From NCBI GenBank assembly GCA_965262915.1, contig OZ253564.1, positions 3,776,001 to 3,840,000 on the forward strand: 64,000 bases of DNA. Direction: 5' to 3'. Below the pieces are notes generated by a model that saw only the letters and a list, made by a program, of their open reading frames with translations, was not told the DNA's origin and made no database searches. The translations under genes were made by a program, and so were the position numbers. Of the stretch, positions 39,757 to 51,083 are shown piece after piece; the stretch's first letter is position 1, and the number at the start of each line of letters is the position of its first letter. The DNA is from Candidatus Spongiisociaceae bacterium (GTDB taxonomy: Bacteria > Actinomycetota > Acidimicrobiia > Spongiisociales > Spongiisociaceae).

Positions 39757-40464
39757 CTACGGCCGGAAGAGCGCCAGCGATGCGTCAACGGCCGCGTCGA
39801 CCACAGCCCTGGCGGTGCGTTCCAAGCGGTCCCCCACCATCCGGTCGGCCGGCCCCAAGACCGAGAAGGCTCCCACAACCCCCGAGGCCCCTTGGATCGG
39901 CGCCACCACCGCGGTTACGTCCGGTTCGATTGCGCCCGTGTTGAAGAACGGCGAAGGGGGGGAGCCGGATCTGACGGGGTCGCTCGTCAGAGCTTCGCCC
40001 ACGGCGGTGCCCTTGACGGGCACCGACTTGCCGACCCAACCGACGTGGCGGATGGCCCTCCGGCTCTCCACCGAGGCGATATAGACGGCCTGGCTCCCGT
40101 CCTTGACCGCCAGGTAGGCAGATTCCTCGGTGACATCGGCCAAGCGCTTCAACACCGGTCGAGCAGCTGCGTTGAGGCGGGCGTACGGACCCGACTGGAA
40201 GGCGGCCAGCGCGATCCGCACGAAGGTAGGCCCGACTGAATACCTTCCCACATCGTCCTTGACCAGGTAGCCGTGGCTCGTGAGGACCCGCAGGTGCCGC
40301 AGAGCGGTGCTGACCGGTATCCGGGTCTCGGCAGCCACACCTGTCAGGCCGACCGCCCCACCGGTCACGACCGCGTCGAGCAGGCTCAAGACCCGCTCCG
40401 CCGAGCGTGACACATGAAGCGTCGGACGGGCGTCGTTCTTTGAGGGTGCACCGGCCGCGGTCAT
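39757..40464 (-). CDS. IclR family regulator (probable hut regulator)
   Basis: HTH IPVSTALRHLRVL; TEESAYL, TAVGEAL, VVAPI; divergent from hutU. Confidence 0.85.
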   Translation of the reverse strand: MTAAGAPSKNDARPTLHVSRSAERVLSLLDAVVTGGAVGLTGVAAETRIPVSTALRHLRVLTSHGYLVKDDVGRYSVGPTFVRIALAAFQSGPYARLNAAARPVLKRLADVTEESAYLAVKDGSQAVYIASVESRRAIRHVGWVGKSVPVKGTAVGEALTSDPVRSGSPPSPFFNTGAIEPDVTAVVAPIQGASGVVGAFSVLGPADRMVGDRLERTARAVVDAAVDASLALFRP

Positions 40465-40547
40465 CGAGTTCGGTGGGCCACTAGTGATAGACGGCAGCCG
40501 GGGAACACGAACAGCGACCCGGATAGGGTCCTAGAACAACCGTTTAG

Positions 40548-40562
40548 TTTCATAATCTGAAA
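40548..40562. promoter_or_regulatory. IclR-type operator palindrome
   Basis: TTTCA-taatc-TGAAA between divergent iclR and hutU. Confidence 0.65.
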
Positions 40563-40576
40563 TCTCTTTTTGGTTA

Positions 40577-40606
40577 TTGACAGAATAGTCCCAACATCGG
40601 TATAAT
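40577..40606 (+). promoter_or_regulatory. Consensus sigma70/SigA promoter of the hutU operon
   Basis: TTGACA (40577-40582), 18-nt spacer, TATAAT (40601-40606). Confidence 0.8.
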
Positions 40607-40662
40607 TCAAGGGCTATATCGACCGGCTATGGCCGACCCATCCAGATCCGTGGAGGTCTGCG

Positions 40663-42353
<1,691 letters not shown>

Positions 42354-42354
<1 letters not shown>

Positions 42355-43895
42355 TGGCTGCACGACGGCGGCGGGGCGGGCGCAGAGCCCGTATCGCAGA
42401 CCGCGGCCCCGCCAACCCCCAGCGCCCGTTCCGCCAGCCCCGGCTCCCTTGGCAGCCGGTTCGGGCGATCTCCGATGACCGCCTCGAGGCCATCCACGAC
42501 GCTTCTCTGAAGGTCCTGCGGGATATCGGGATGGACATGCTGCACCCGGAAGCTCGGAGACTCCTAGCCCGCGAGGGCGCCGATGTAGAACCGGACTCGG
42601 CACGGGTGCGGTTCGATCCCGAGATGGTCACCGAACTGGTCGGTTACGCACCCAGCCAGTTCACATTGCACGCCCGCAACCCCGTCCACCACATCCGGAT
42701 GGGTGGGAACTCGGTGGCGTTCGCGGCGGTAGCCAGCCCTCCCAACGTCTCGGGCCTCGGCCGTGATCGACGGACCGGCAATCGCGAGGACTTCAGGAGG
42801 CTCGTGTGCCTCAGCCAGCACCTCAATGTCGTGCATCTGCATGGCGGGTACCCGGTGGAACCCACGGACATCCATCCGTCCGTTCGCCACCTGCAGGCCA
42901 CCCTGGACCTGTTGACGCTTAGCGACAAGGCCATCCACACCTACAGCCTCGGACGGCAGCGTACGCTCGACACCATCGAGATGGCCCGCATCGCTCGCGG
43001 GATCAGCGAGGACGAACTCGACGCCCAGCCGTCCTTGTACACGATCGTCAACACCTCGTCACCTCTGCGTCTCGATGCGCCGATGATCGAGGGAATCCTC
43101 GAGATGTCGGCCCGCAACCAGCCGGTTGTCATAACCCCGTTCACGTTGGCGGGCGCGATGGCGCCGGTGACGATCGCGGGCGCTCTGGTGCAGCAGAACG
43201 CTGAGGCTCTGGCCGGTATCGCCCTCACCCAGGCGGTGCGACGCGGGGCACCCGTAGCGTACGGGGCGTTCACTTCCAACGTCGACATGCAGTCGGGGGC
43301 GCCCGCCTTCGGAACCCCCGAGTACCTGCAGGCAGCGCTTGCGGGCGGTCAACTGGCCCGGCGATACGCCCTCCCCTACCGGTCCTCCAACGCCAACGCC
43401 TCCAACGCCGTGGACCTCCAGGCCACCTACGAGAGCATGTTCTCGCTCTGGGGCGCCGTAATGGGCGGCGCCAACCTGATAATGCACGCGGCCGGGTGGC
43501 TCGAAGGCGGGCTGCGGGCATCCTTCGAGAAGATGGTGCTGGACGCCGACCTGCTGCAGATGATCTGCGCAGCCCTCGAGCCACCCGCCGTGGACGATGG
43601 TGCGCTGGCGCTCGACGCCATCGCCGACGTGGGTCCGGGCGGTCATTTCTTCGGTACCGCCCACACCCAGGCCCGCTACCGCAACGCCTTCCATACACCG
43701 CTCCTGTCCGACTGGCGGAACTTCGAGACGTGGGATGAGGCCGGACGGCCCGATCCGGCCCTGCGAACCGAGTCCCTGGCCAGGGAGTTCCTCGAAGCCT
43801 ACGAGGAGCCCCCGATGGAACCCGCCATCCGGGAGGAGCTCAACGAGTTCGTGGCCCGCCGTGTCGGCGAAGGCGGCGTAGCTACCGATTTCTGA
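42354..43895 (+). CDS. Trimethylamine methyltransferase (MttB) superfamily protein, non-pyrrolysine
   Basis: IHDASLKVLRDIG, NTSSPLRLD, TPFTLAGAMAPVT, SNVDMQSGAPAFGTPE, HAAGWLEGG, VGPGGHF; no in-frame TAG; GTG overlaps hutU stop. Confidence 0.92.
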
Positions 43896-43905
43896 GAGGA
43901 GTTGT

Positions 43906-44583
43906 GTGAAACCCGTCCGCTATAGCCCGGCCCGTCTTCGTATCGACGAGAACCCCACCGGCCATCCGTGCGCCGACATCCGGCACTACGAGGCCGATCT
44001 AGCACTTCTCAATCACCTGCTCCAGGAGCTGCGGGTGCTCCTACGCCAGGCTAGGGCAGGTGAAACGGTTCTCCGTCCGTACCAGACCATAAGCTGGCAC
44101 GAGGACGGACTACGACGTAGGACCGTCATGTGCGATCCGGCGGCCCTACTGAGAGGTCCGGATGTGTTGATCGTCGGATTCCTCGGGAACCGGCGGTCCA
44201 GCGACGAAGCCAACGCGATCGACGAGTTCGAGATAGACGTGATCGGCGAGTTCCGGCAGTACCCGGGAATACTCAGCTACTCCTCCACGGAACTGATCCC
44301 GAACCAATGGGCGAACCTGGTGGTCCACCAGGAGGTCGGAGACCGTGAAGACTGGCGCCACAGCGCGGTTCACATAGAAGCGGCTGAAGAACTGTCCCCC
44401 CGTGTCTATCACAGCGTCCGCATCCATAACGGCCGACTGAGCGGAGGGCCGATCAGCGACGGCAGCTTGATAGTAGAGACCACCAAGTACTGGGACTACG
44501 ACTCGGACCCGATGTGGCACGCGATCCGGACGCTCCCGGGAGGCATCACGACCGCAGACCGCCCGTGGCCGGGCCAACGATGA
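43906..44583 (+). CDS. Hypothetical protein, possible dimeric alpha/beta-barrel (ABM-like) domain
   Basis: Coupled within the operon; PGILSYSS...WANLVV...WRHSAVHIEAA pattern. Confidence 0.7.
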   Translation: MKPVRYSPARLRIDENPTGHPCADIRHYEADLALLNHLLQELRVLLRQARAGETVLRPYQTISWHEDGLRRRTVMCDPAALLRGPDVLIVGFLGNRRSSDEANAIDEFEIDVIGEFRQYPGILSYSSTELIPNQWANLVVHQEVGDREDWRHSAVHIEAAEELSPRVYHSVRIHNGRLSGGPISDGSLIVETTKYWDYDSDPMWHAIRTLPGGITTADRPWPGQR

Positions 44584-45149
44584 CGGTTCGCCGGATCCTT
44601 TCGATAGGCCACCCGGCTCTACGGGTTAGAGCTGCGGAAGTGCCCAACGATGACATTGCCACGGCTGCCATCCAGGATCTGATCGACGATCTCATCGACA
44701 CCATGCGGCACGCCAATGGCTCGGGGATCGCCGCCAACCAGATAGGCGCATCCGTCCGCATAATGATCATGGAGGTCGACAGGAACCCGCGCTACCCGTA
44801 CAAGCCACCCATCCCCCTGACGGTGGCCATCAATCCCGAGTTCGAGCCGCTCGACAACCGGACGGTGGTCATCAACGAGGGGTGCCTGTCAGTCCCGCTG
44901 CGCGGTGAACTGATGCGCTCCGTCAACCTCGGGATTCGCTATACAGACCGCTACGGGAATGGCCACGAACAGGTGTTGCGCGGTCTCACCGCCGGAACCT
45001 GGCAGCACGAGTGCGACCATCTCGACGGGGTCTTGGTGGTCGACCGGATCGACCCCCGGACGCTCACCACCTGGGAGGAGTTCGACCGGCACCATCGTGA
45101 CCCCTTCGTCGAACGCATCACCCGGTTCGTCGCCGAGGTCGGGTCGTGA
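44580..45149 (+). CDS. def: Peptide deformylase family protein
   Basis: All three PDF motifs: GSGIAANQ, EGCLS, QHECDHLDG. Confidence 0.92.
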   Translation: MTVRRILSIGHPALRVRAAEVPNDDIATAAIQDLIDDLIDTMRHANGSGIAANQIGASVRIMIMEVDRNPRYPYKPPIPLTVAINPEFEPLDNRTVVINEGCLSVPLRGELMRSVNLGIRYTDRYGNGHEQVLRGLTAGTWQHECDHLDGVLVVDRIDPRTLTTWEEFDRHHRDPFVERITRFVAEVGS

Positions 45150-46513
45150 AGACCCGGTACTGGTGCGAACTGGCCTGGCTCGGCGGCCCCAGGGCGACCC
45201 CCGGAGTCGTGATCGAGGTCGACGGCGACAGCATCATAGGGGTGGATCCAGGCCAAGCGGCCCCTCCACCCGACGCCACCCCTTTGATGGGTCTTACCCT
45301 CCCGGCGCTGGCCAACGCCCACAGCCACGCGTTTCACCGGGCTCTGCGGGGCCGCACCCACGGCGGTAGGGGTACGTTCTGGACTTGGCGTGACCTGATG
45401 TACCGGGTTGCTGGGATTCTTGACCCGGATAGTTACTACCGGCTGGCTCGGGCGACCTTCGCCGAGATGGCCTTGGCGGGAGTCGGGGTGGTCGGTGAGT
45501 TCCACTACGTCCATCATCGGCCTGCAGGGGGACCCTATGACGACCCGAACGCCATCGGGGTCAGCCTGGCAGCCGCGGCGCGGGATGCCGGAGTCCGTCT
45601 GACCCTGCTCGATGCGCTGTACCTGCACGGAGGGTTCGCCCCGGGATCGGAATCCGGGTACGCCCCGCCGACTCCCGAACAAGGCCGGTTCAGCGACGGG
45701 TCCGTGCATGCCTGGGCAGAGCGGGTGGCGAATTTGGCGGCCGGTGTTTCCGGGCCCCGCACGAAGGTGGGAGCCGCGGTTCACTCGGTACGCGCGGTCG
45801 ATCCGCCGTCGATCGAGGCCGCGGCCCTCTGGGTTAGCGAGAACAAGGTACCGCTTCACGTGCACGTCTCCGAGCAGCCTGCCGAGAACGAGGCGTGCCT
45901 GCAGGTCCACGGTCGAACCCCCACCGCCGTGTTGGCGGAGGCAGGAGCGCTCAGCCCGGACACCACGCTGGTCCACGCCACTCACCTTTCCGACCTTGAC
46001 ACCGCCACGATCGGCGAGGCGGGAGCGCACTGCTGCATCTGCCCGACCACCGAGCGCGACCTGGCCGACGGTATCGGCCCCAGCGAAGCGCTGGTGCGGG
46101 CCGGGGCGAGCCTTTGCCTGGGATCCGACTCCCACGCGGTCATCGACATCCTGGAGGAAGCTCGAGCTGTGGAGTTGGGCCAGCGGGTCCTGACGCACCG
46201 ACGGGGGATCCACTCCACCGAAACCCTCGGCTCCATCGCCACCGTCAACGGGTACAGGTCACTCGGGTGGGAAGACGGAGGCGCGATAAGGCCGGGCTGG
46301 CTCGCCGACTTCACCAGTGTCAGGCTGGACTCGGTCCGGCTGGCCGGGATCGACGCCGGCAACGCTTTCGACGCGGTGATCTTCGCCGCATCGAGCGCCG
46401 ATGCACACAACGTCGTCGTCGGGGGCCGCCCGGTCGTGGTCGATGGAACCCACGTCTCGATCGATGTTGCGGACGAACTCGACTCCGCTATCGCCAAGGT
46501 AGTGACGGCATGA
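45146..46513 (+). CDS. hutF: Formimidoylglutamate deiminase
   Basis: [59 protein letters not shown]. Confidence 0.95.
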   Translation: MKTRYWCELAWLGGPRATPGVVIEVDGDSIIGVDPGQAAPPPDATPLMGLTLPALANAHSHAFHRALRGRTHGGRGTFWTWRDLMYRVAGILDPDSYYRLARATFAEMALAGVGVVGEFHYVHHRPAGGPYDDPNAIGVSLAAAARDAGVRLTLLDALYLHGGFAPGSESGYAPPTPEQGRFSDGSVHAWAERVANLAAGVSGPRTKVGAAVHSVRAVDPPSIEAAALWVSENKVPLHVHVSEQPAENEACLQVHGRTPTAVLAEAGALSPDTTLVHATHLSDLDTATIGEAGAHCCICPTTERDLADGIGPSEALVRAGASLCLGSDSHAVIDILEEARAVELGQRVLTHRRGIHSTETLGSIATVNGYRSLGWEDGGAIRPGWLADFTSVRLDSVRLAGIDAGNAFDAVIFAASSADAHNVVVGGRPVVVDGTHVSIDVADELDSAIAKVVTA

Positions 46514-47709
46514 CGCTGGTGATCGACAACATCGGCGAGTTGGTGACCAATGCTCCCGAACTCGGGGCCGGACCGCTGGGCATCGTCCGCGACGCGGCGA
46601 TCGTGGTAGACGGGGACACCGTGCTCTCGATCCGTCCCGCAGGCGCGTCAGCGGACGAGCGCCTCGACGCCGGGGGCAGGTGCGTCCTACCCGGGTTCGT
46701 GGACTCCCACACCCATCTGGTCTTCGCCGGTGACCGGGCGGAGGAATTCACGCGGCGCATGGCGGGCGAGAACTACGACGGGGGCGGGATCCGCGTGACG
46801 ACCGAGGCCACCCGCGCCGCAAGCCGGGATGAGTTGCGGAGGGGGCTCGACCGCAGGCTCACCGAAGTTCATCGCGCCGGCACCACCACTGTGGAGATCA
46901 AGTCCGGGTACGGGCTGTCGGTCGAGTCCGAAGCCGAGACCACCTCGCTGGCAGCGGAAGTGACCTCCGAGACCACCTTCATGGGCGCCCATGTTGTACC
47001 TCGGGAGTACTTGGGTCGGACCAACGACTACGTCGACCTGGTCTGCGGGCCGATGCTCGAAGCCGTGCGACCCCATGTGCGCTGGATCGACGTGTTCTGC
47101 GAGGAGGGCGCCTTCGACGTGGACCAATCGCGGGCGGTGCTCGAAGCCGGTCGTGCAGCAGGTCTCGGTCTGCGCCTCCACGCCAACCAACTGGGCCATG
47201 GACCCGGAGTCCGGCTCGGCGTGGAGATGGGCTGCGCATCCGTCGATCACTGTACCTACCTCTCCGATGACGACATCGAGGCGCTGGCCGGGAGCGAGAC
47301 CGTTGCCACCTTCCTCCCGGCGGCGGACTTCTCCACTCGTCAGCCGTATCCCGACGCCCGGAGGGTCATCGACGCGGGGGTTACCGTGGCGATCGCATCC
47401 AACTGCAATCCCGGGTCCAGCTACACCACTTCCATGTCGTTCTGCATCGCGCTGGCGGTACGCGACATGAACATGACCATCGACGAAGCACTGGCCGCGG
47501 CAACGACCGGCGGCGCAGCAGCTCTGAGAAGGAAGGACGTCGGGCGCCTCGTCCCCGGTGACCCGGCCCACCTCACCATCATCGACGCACCCAGCCGCCA
47601 CCACCTCGCTTACCGACCGGGCGTTCCGCTGATATGGCGGACGCTCGGCGCCGACTACCGACGACCGGCCACCGACCACCGAAACCAAGAGAGAGAGGTC
47701 ACAGCATGA
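46510..47709 (+). CDS. hutI: Imidazolonepropionase
   Basis: [46 protein letters not shown]. Confidence 0.95.
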   Translation: MTLVIDNIGELVTNAPELGAGPLGIVRDAAIVVDGDTVLSIRPAGASADERLDAGGRCVLPGFVDSHTHLVFAGDRAEEFTRRMAGENYDGGGIRVTTEATRAASRDELRRGLDRRLTEVHRAGTTTVEIKSGYGLSVESEAETTSLAAEVTSETTFMGAHVVPREYLGRTNDYVDLVCGPMLEAVRPHVRWIDVFCEEGAFDVDQSRAVLEAGRAAGLGLRLHANQLGHGPGVRLGVEMGCASVDHCTYLSDDDIEALAGSETVATFLPAADFSTRQPYPDARRVIDAGVTVAIASNCNPGSSYTTSMSFCIALAVRDMNMTIDEALAAATTGGAAALRRKDVGRLVPGDPAHLTIIDAPSRHHLAYRPGVPLIWRTLGADYRRPATDHRNQEREVTA

Positions 47710-49163
47710 ACGTCCCCAACCCGACCGGACACAACCAGTGGTATCCATTCGCCAACCGTCCTCTGCCTCCTGACGTAAACGGCGAGGCGGCCAACCCCGC
47801 GGCGATCCCGGTCTTCGACTCCGTACCCCTGCCGCCGAGCGCAAGGTTCGTCGTGGTCGGTGCCGGCATCCACGGACTGTCGAGCGCCTATCACCTGGCC
47901 ATGTATCTCGAGCGTTCGGGCAAGGGTAAGGGCAGCGACGTCGTCCTGATCGACAAGCAGGGCCCCGGCGCCGGCGCCACCGGCCTGGCCTGCGGCTGCG
48001 TCCGGAACCTCTACATGACCCCTCCGCTGCATGCCATCCTGCGCGCCAGCGTGGAAGTGTGGGAATCCGATCCCGTGAACCTCGGCTTCCAGCAGGTCGG
48101 ATATGTCTCGGTAGGCGAGGCGAACCAGGAGGAGGATTACATCAAGCTCCAAGCATCGCAGGCAGCGAGCGGGTATCCGTCGGACCTCTACACGGGCTCC
48201 GACGCTCACGCGTTCCTCAACAAGCTGTGGCCGGACTTCAAGACCGACAACTGCGATATCGTGCTCCACGAGCACCGCTCCGGCTACGCAGGCACCCACA
48301 TCGCCGTGTGGGGCCTCGACCAGAAGTGCCGGCAGTGGGGTGTGCAGCGCGTTTACGGCACCAGTGTCACCGGCTATGCACGCGATGCCTCCGGATCCGT
48401 CACCGCGGTCGAGACCGACCAAGGATCCATCTCCTGCGAGCAGGTCATCGTGGGTGCAGGGGCTTGGACGCCCGTGCACTGGGAGTGGCTCGGCGGCCCT
48501 TCGCACCTCGATGTTCTCTATCCGGATGGCCACGTCGAGGAGCAGATGGACATGTGGACCTACTGGCGCCTGCTCGAAGGTGAGGTCCTTCTGCCCGAAG
48601 GGGTGGACTTCCGCACGGCCCAACACCGGGATTCACCCGTGCTGCACGTCGAACTCATGGACACACCCGTTTATGGCGAAGACGGCGCGATGATCCTGGA
48701 CAACTTCTACGTCTACACCCGCTACGCCGCCGAACGAGTGGGAGCACCCGGACTCCAAGGCGGGACCATCCCCATCAAGATCGGCCCCCGAGCGGCCCTC
48801 GAACCCTACGGCCACCTCAACGATATGTACCAGGCTGATTCGTGGTTCGCCGACTACTACTGTGCCGCTCTCGGGATGCTGTTCAAGCGGCTCGAGAACC
48901 TGCGGCCCTACTTCAAGGAGCGTCGCAACGGGGGTATCGGCGCGTTCACGCCCGACAACGTACCGGTATTCGATCACCTGACCGACAACGCTTGGGTGAT
49001 CGCCGACTCCAACCACGGCTTCAAGATGATCGGTGTGGGCAAGCTTACCGCTCAGATGCTCGTGCATGGTGACAAGCCTGACGAGTTGAAGCCCTTCACC
49101 CTCGGTCGGTACAGCACGGGCGGCACCTTCGGAGACCGGAACTCGAACAGTCCGTGGGTCTAG
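47706..49163 (+). CDS. FAD-dependent oxidoreductase, sarcosine oxidase beta / N-methylglutamate dehydrogenase subunit A-like
   Basis: [60 protein letters not shown]-terminal SPW; MgdA resemblance is from memory. Confidence 0.8.
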   Translation: MNVPNPTGHNQWYPFANRPLPPDVNGEAANPAAIPVFDSVPLPPSARFVVVGAGIHGLSSAYHLAMYLERSGKGKGSDVVLIDKQGPGAGATGLACGCVRNLYMTPPLHAILRASVEVWESDPVNLGFQQVGYVSVGEANQEEDYIKLQASQAASGYPSDLYTGSDAHAFLNKLWPDFKTDNCDIVLHEHRSGYAGTHIAVWGLDQKCRQWGVQRVYGTSVTGYARDASGSVTAVETDQGSISCEQVIVGAGAWTPVHWEWLGGPSHLDVLYPDGHVEEQMDMWTYWRLLEGEVLLPEGVDFRTAQHRDSPVLHVELMDTPVYGEDGAMILDNFYVYTRYAAERVGAPGLQGGTIPIKIGPRAALEPYGHLNDMYQADSWFADYYCAALGMLFKRLENLRPYFKERRNGGIGAFTPDNVPVFDHLTDNAWVIADSNHGFKMIGVGKLTAQMLVHGDKPDELKPFTLGRYSTGGTFGDRNSNSPWV

Positions 49164-49183
49164 AAGTGGTGGACCCCCATTAG

Positions 49184-49371
49184 CCTGAATCCACCGATTC
49201 ATGTTCCGAAAACCAATCCTGACCAGGGCGATCTCCGGGATCCACCACTCACAGGAAGTTGCTCCTCTTCCCAGGACCGAACCATCCTTACCAATAGCTA
49301 TCGCCGCAGATCAGGAGGCATTTCCACCATATCTCCATGTCCGCTGCGCGCTCCCCGTCGGTGGATTCAGG
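49184..49371. mobile_element. 188-bp MITE with 14-bp perfect TIRs and 5-bp target duplication
   Basis: cctgaatccaccga (49184-49197) / tcggtggattcagg (49358-49371); ATTAG at 49179-49183 and 49372-49376; no transposase. Confidence 0.85.
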
Positions 49372-49375
49372 ATTA

Positions 49376-49487
49376 GGAGGGTGGTGTGAAACCCCTGCAA
49401 AGGGGTTCGCACGGTAGCCGACAAGCCTCAGACCAGGTGGTTTGCCAGTCGGCGAACCCCGCAGAGATTCGTTGCTCAGCACCCTCC
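49376..49487. mobile_element. 112-bp MITE-like element with IS5-like imperfect TIRs, flanked by TA
   Basis: Left ggagggtggtgtgaaac vs reverse complement of right end ggagggtgctgagcaac (14/17); TA at 49374-49375 and 49488-49489; internal hairpins. Confidence 0.65.
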
Positions 49488-49574
49488 TAAGATGCTGAGC
49501 AACCTCCGGCTTACAGCAGGTCGATCGATGGCATAGACGGTGGCCCGCCGGACGCGGCAAGAGGACGGTAGACG

Positions 49575-50324
49575 TTGAGCACCCCGGCAGAAGCGCCTCT
49601 GAGAGCTGCAACCTATCTGGGCGACAACACACTGGCCATCATGAGCGACCTGGTGGAGCACCTGTCGGAGGCGACAGGAATCGAGGTGGCTGTCGACTGC
49701 ACGGCGGGGAGGAGCACGGCCGAAGCGGGCCGCCAAGCTCCCGACCTTGATCTTGTGTGGATGTGCGGGCACCTGACCGCGTCGCTCATCTCCACGGGCC
49801 GGATGTCCCACAGGATCGTGGCCGCACCGGTCTTCGCCGGGTCCGGGGGACCGGTCTACCACTCGGTGATCGTCAGCCGAGAAGACGGCCCCTCGTCGCT
49901 GCCTGCCGCGCTGGATACCAGGCTGGCAGTTAACGAAATCGAGTCCTGGTCCGGTTTTCTCGGATTGAAGGCCCATGTCGAGCGGTCCTTCCCCGGTGCC
50001 TGGTTCATCGATCAGGCAGTGACCGGTTCGCATCGGGCCTCGATCGAAGCTCTCGCTAACGGGACCTGCGATGTCGCCTCCATCGACGTAACAGTCTGGG
50101 AGCACGCAGTGGCCGAGCAACCCGTCGAGGTTGCCGACCTTCGCGTGATCGACCGCACGGTCGACTGGCCGGCGCCGCCATTCAGCTTGGGGACGCATCT
50201 CGACTTGGGACGACGGAAAAGCCTCAGGGCGGCCCTGCTCGCAATCGGACCATCGGACATAGCCTCCCTGGACGGCGTCGTTCCCGTCGATTCCGGTGTC
50301 TACCAGGAGGTGATGCGTGTCTGA
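49575..50324 (+). CDS. PhnD/SsuA-like periplasmic-binding-fold protein (orphan)
   Basis: DLVWMCG, PVYHSVIV, ESWSGF, TGSHRASI, DVASID, WPAPPF; no signal peptide. Confidence 0.75.
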   Translation: MSTPAEAPLRAATYLGDNTLAIMSDLVEHLSEATGIEVAVDCTAGRSTAEAGRQAPDLDLVWMCGHLTASLISTGRMSHRIVAAPVFAGSGGPVYHSVIVSREDGPSSLPAALDTRLAVNEIESWSGFLGLKAHVERSFPGAWFIDQAVTGSHRASIEALANGTCDVASIDVTVWEHAVAEQPVEVADLRVIDRTVDWPAPPFSLGTHLDLGRRKSLRAALLAIGPSDIASLDGVVPVDSGVYQEVMRV

Positions 50325-50372
50325 CAACCTGGCATGCTTGCTGAATGATGTCTGTTATGTCATTATGCATGC

Positions 50373-50609
50373 ATGCCGGTCCAGATCACCATACGAGGCG
50401 TCCCAGAGGAAGTCCGCGACGAGTTGGCCGCCAGAGCCGCTCTCAACCGTCAGTCGATGCAGGAGTTCCTGCGCACCGAACTCGAGCGCATTGCGTCGCG
50501 ACCGTCCCTCGCCACGCTGCTCTCCGAGGTCAGACGCCGCAAGGAGGCCGCCGGGACCATCGTTCCGAGTTCGCTGATCGTCCATGAGCGAGACGCGGAC
50601 CGGAGGTGA
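50373..50609 (+). CDS. FitA-like ribbon-helix-helix antitoxin
   Basis: ITIRGVPEEVRDELAARAA..QSMQEFLR; GTGA overlap with the PIN toxin. Confidence 0.88.
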   Translation: MPVQITIRGVPEEVRDELAARAALNRQSMQEFLRTELERIASRPSLATLLSEVRRRKEAAGTIVPSSLIVHERDADRR

Positions 50610-51013
50610 AGGCGGTTGTCGACGCTTCGGTGCTGGTCGCGGCGCTGGTCGATACCGGCAACGACGGCCCCTGGGCGGAGAACGTGATTTCGGAGGGTCC
50701 GCTGGCCACACCGGAACTGGCTCTGGTCGAAGCGACCAACATCCTGCGGCGATTGGAGCAGACCGGTCTGATCTCGCAGCTGGAAGCCACGGCCTCCCAC
50801 CGGGACCTGCTGCGGCTGGACGTGGAGTTCTACCCGTTCGCGCCGGTGGCCGACAGGGTATGGGAGTTGCGCCACAACCTCACCAGCTATGACGCCTGGT
50901 ACGTGGCTCTGGCCGAAGCGCTCGATTTCCCACTCGTGACCCTAGACCGGAAACTCGGCCGAGCCCCAGGACCGAGATGCGATGTGATCGTGCCGCCGCG
51001 CAGGAAGGCATGA
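50606..51013 (+). CDS. vapC: VapC family PIN-domain toxin
   Basis: VVDASV, LVEATN, SYDAWYVALAE, VTLDRKL. Confidence 0.92.
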   Translation: MKAVVDASVLVAALVDTGNDGPWAENVISEGPLATPELALVEATNILRRLEQTGLISQLEATASHRDLLRLDVEFYPFAPVADRVWELRHNLTSYDAWYVALAEALDFPLVTLDRKLGRAPGPRCDVIVPPRRKA

Positions 51014-51083
51014 GAACGACCGTTTCGCGACCCGTTCGGCCCAGAAACCACTGCAGCCGACTGCGTGACCTCGGTTACGTTCG

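Noticed and set aside
49384-49460. c-di-GMP or ZTP riboswitch
   Set aside because: Only a GNRA hairpin and a GACTGGC fragment match; the flanking TIRs explain the region better
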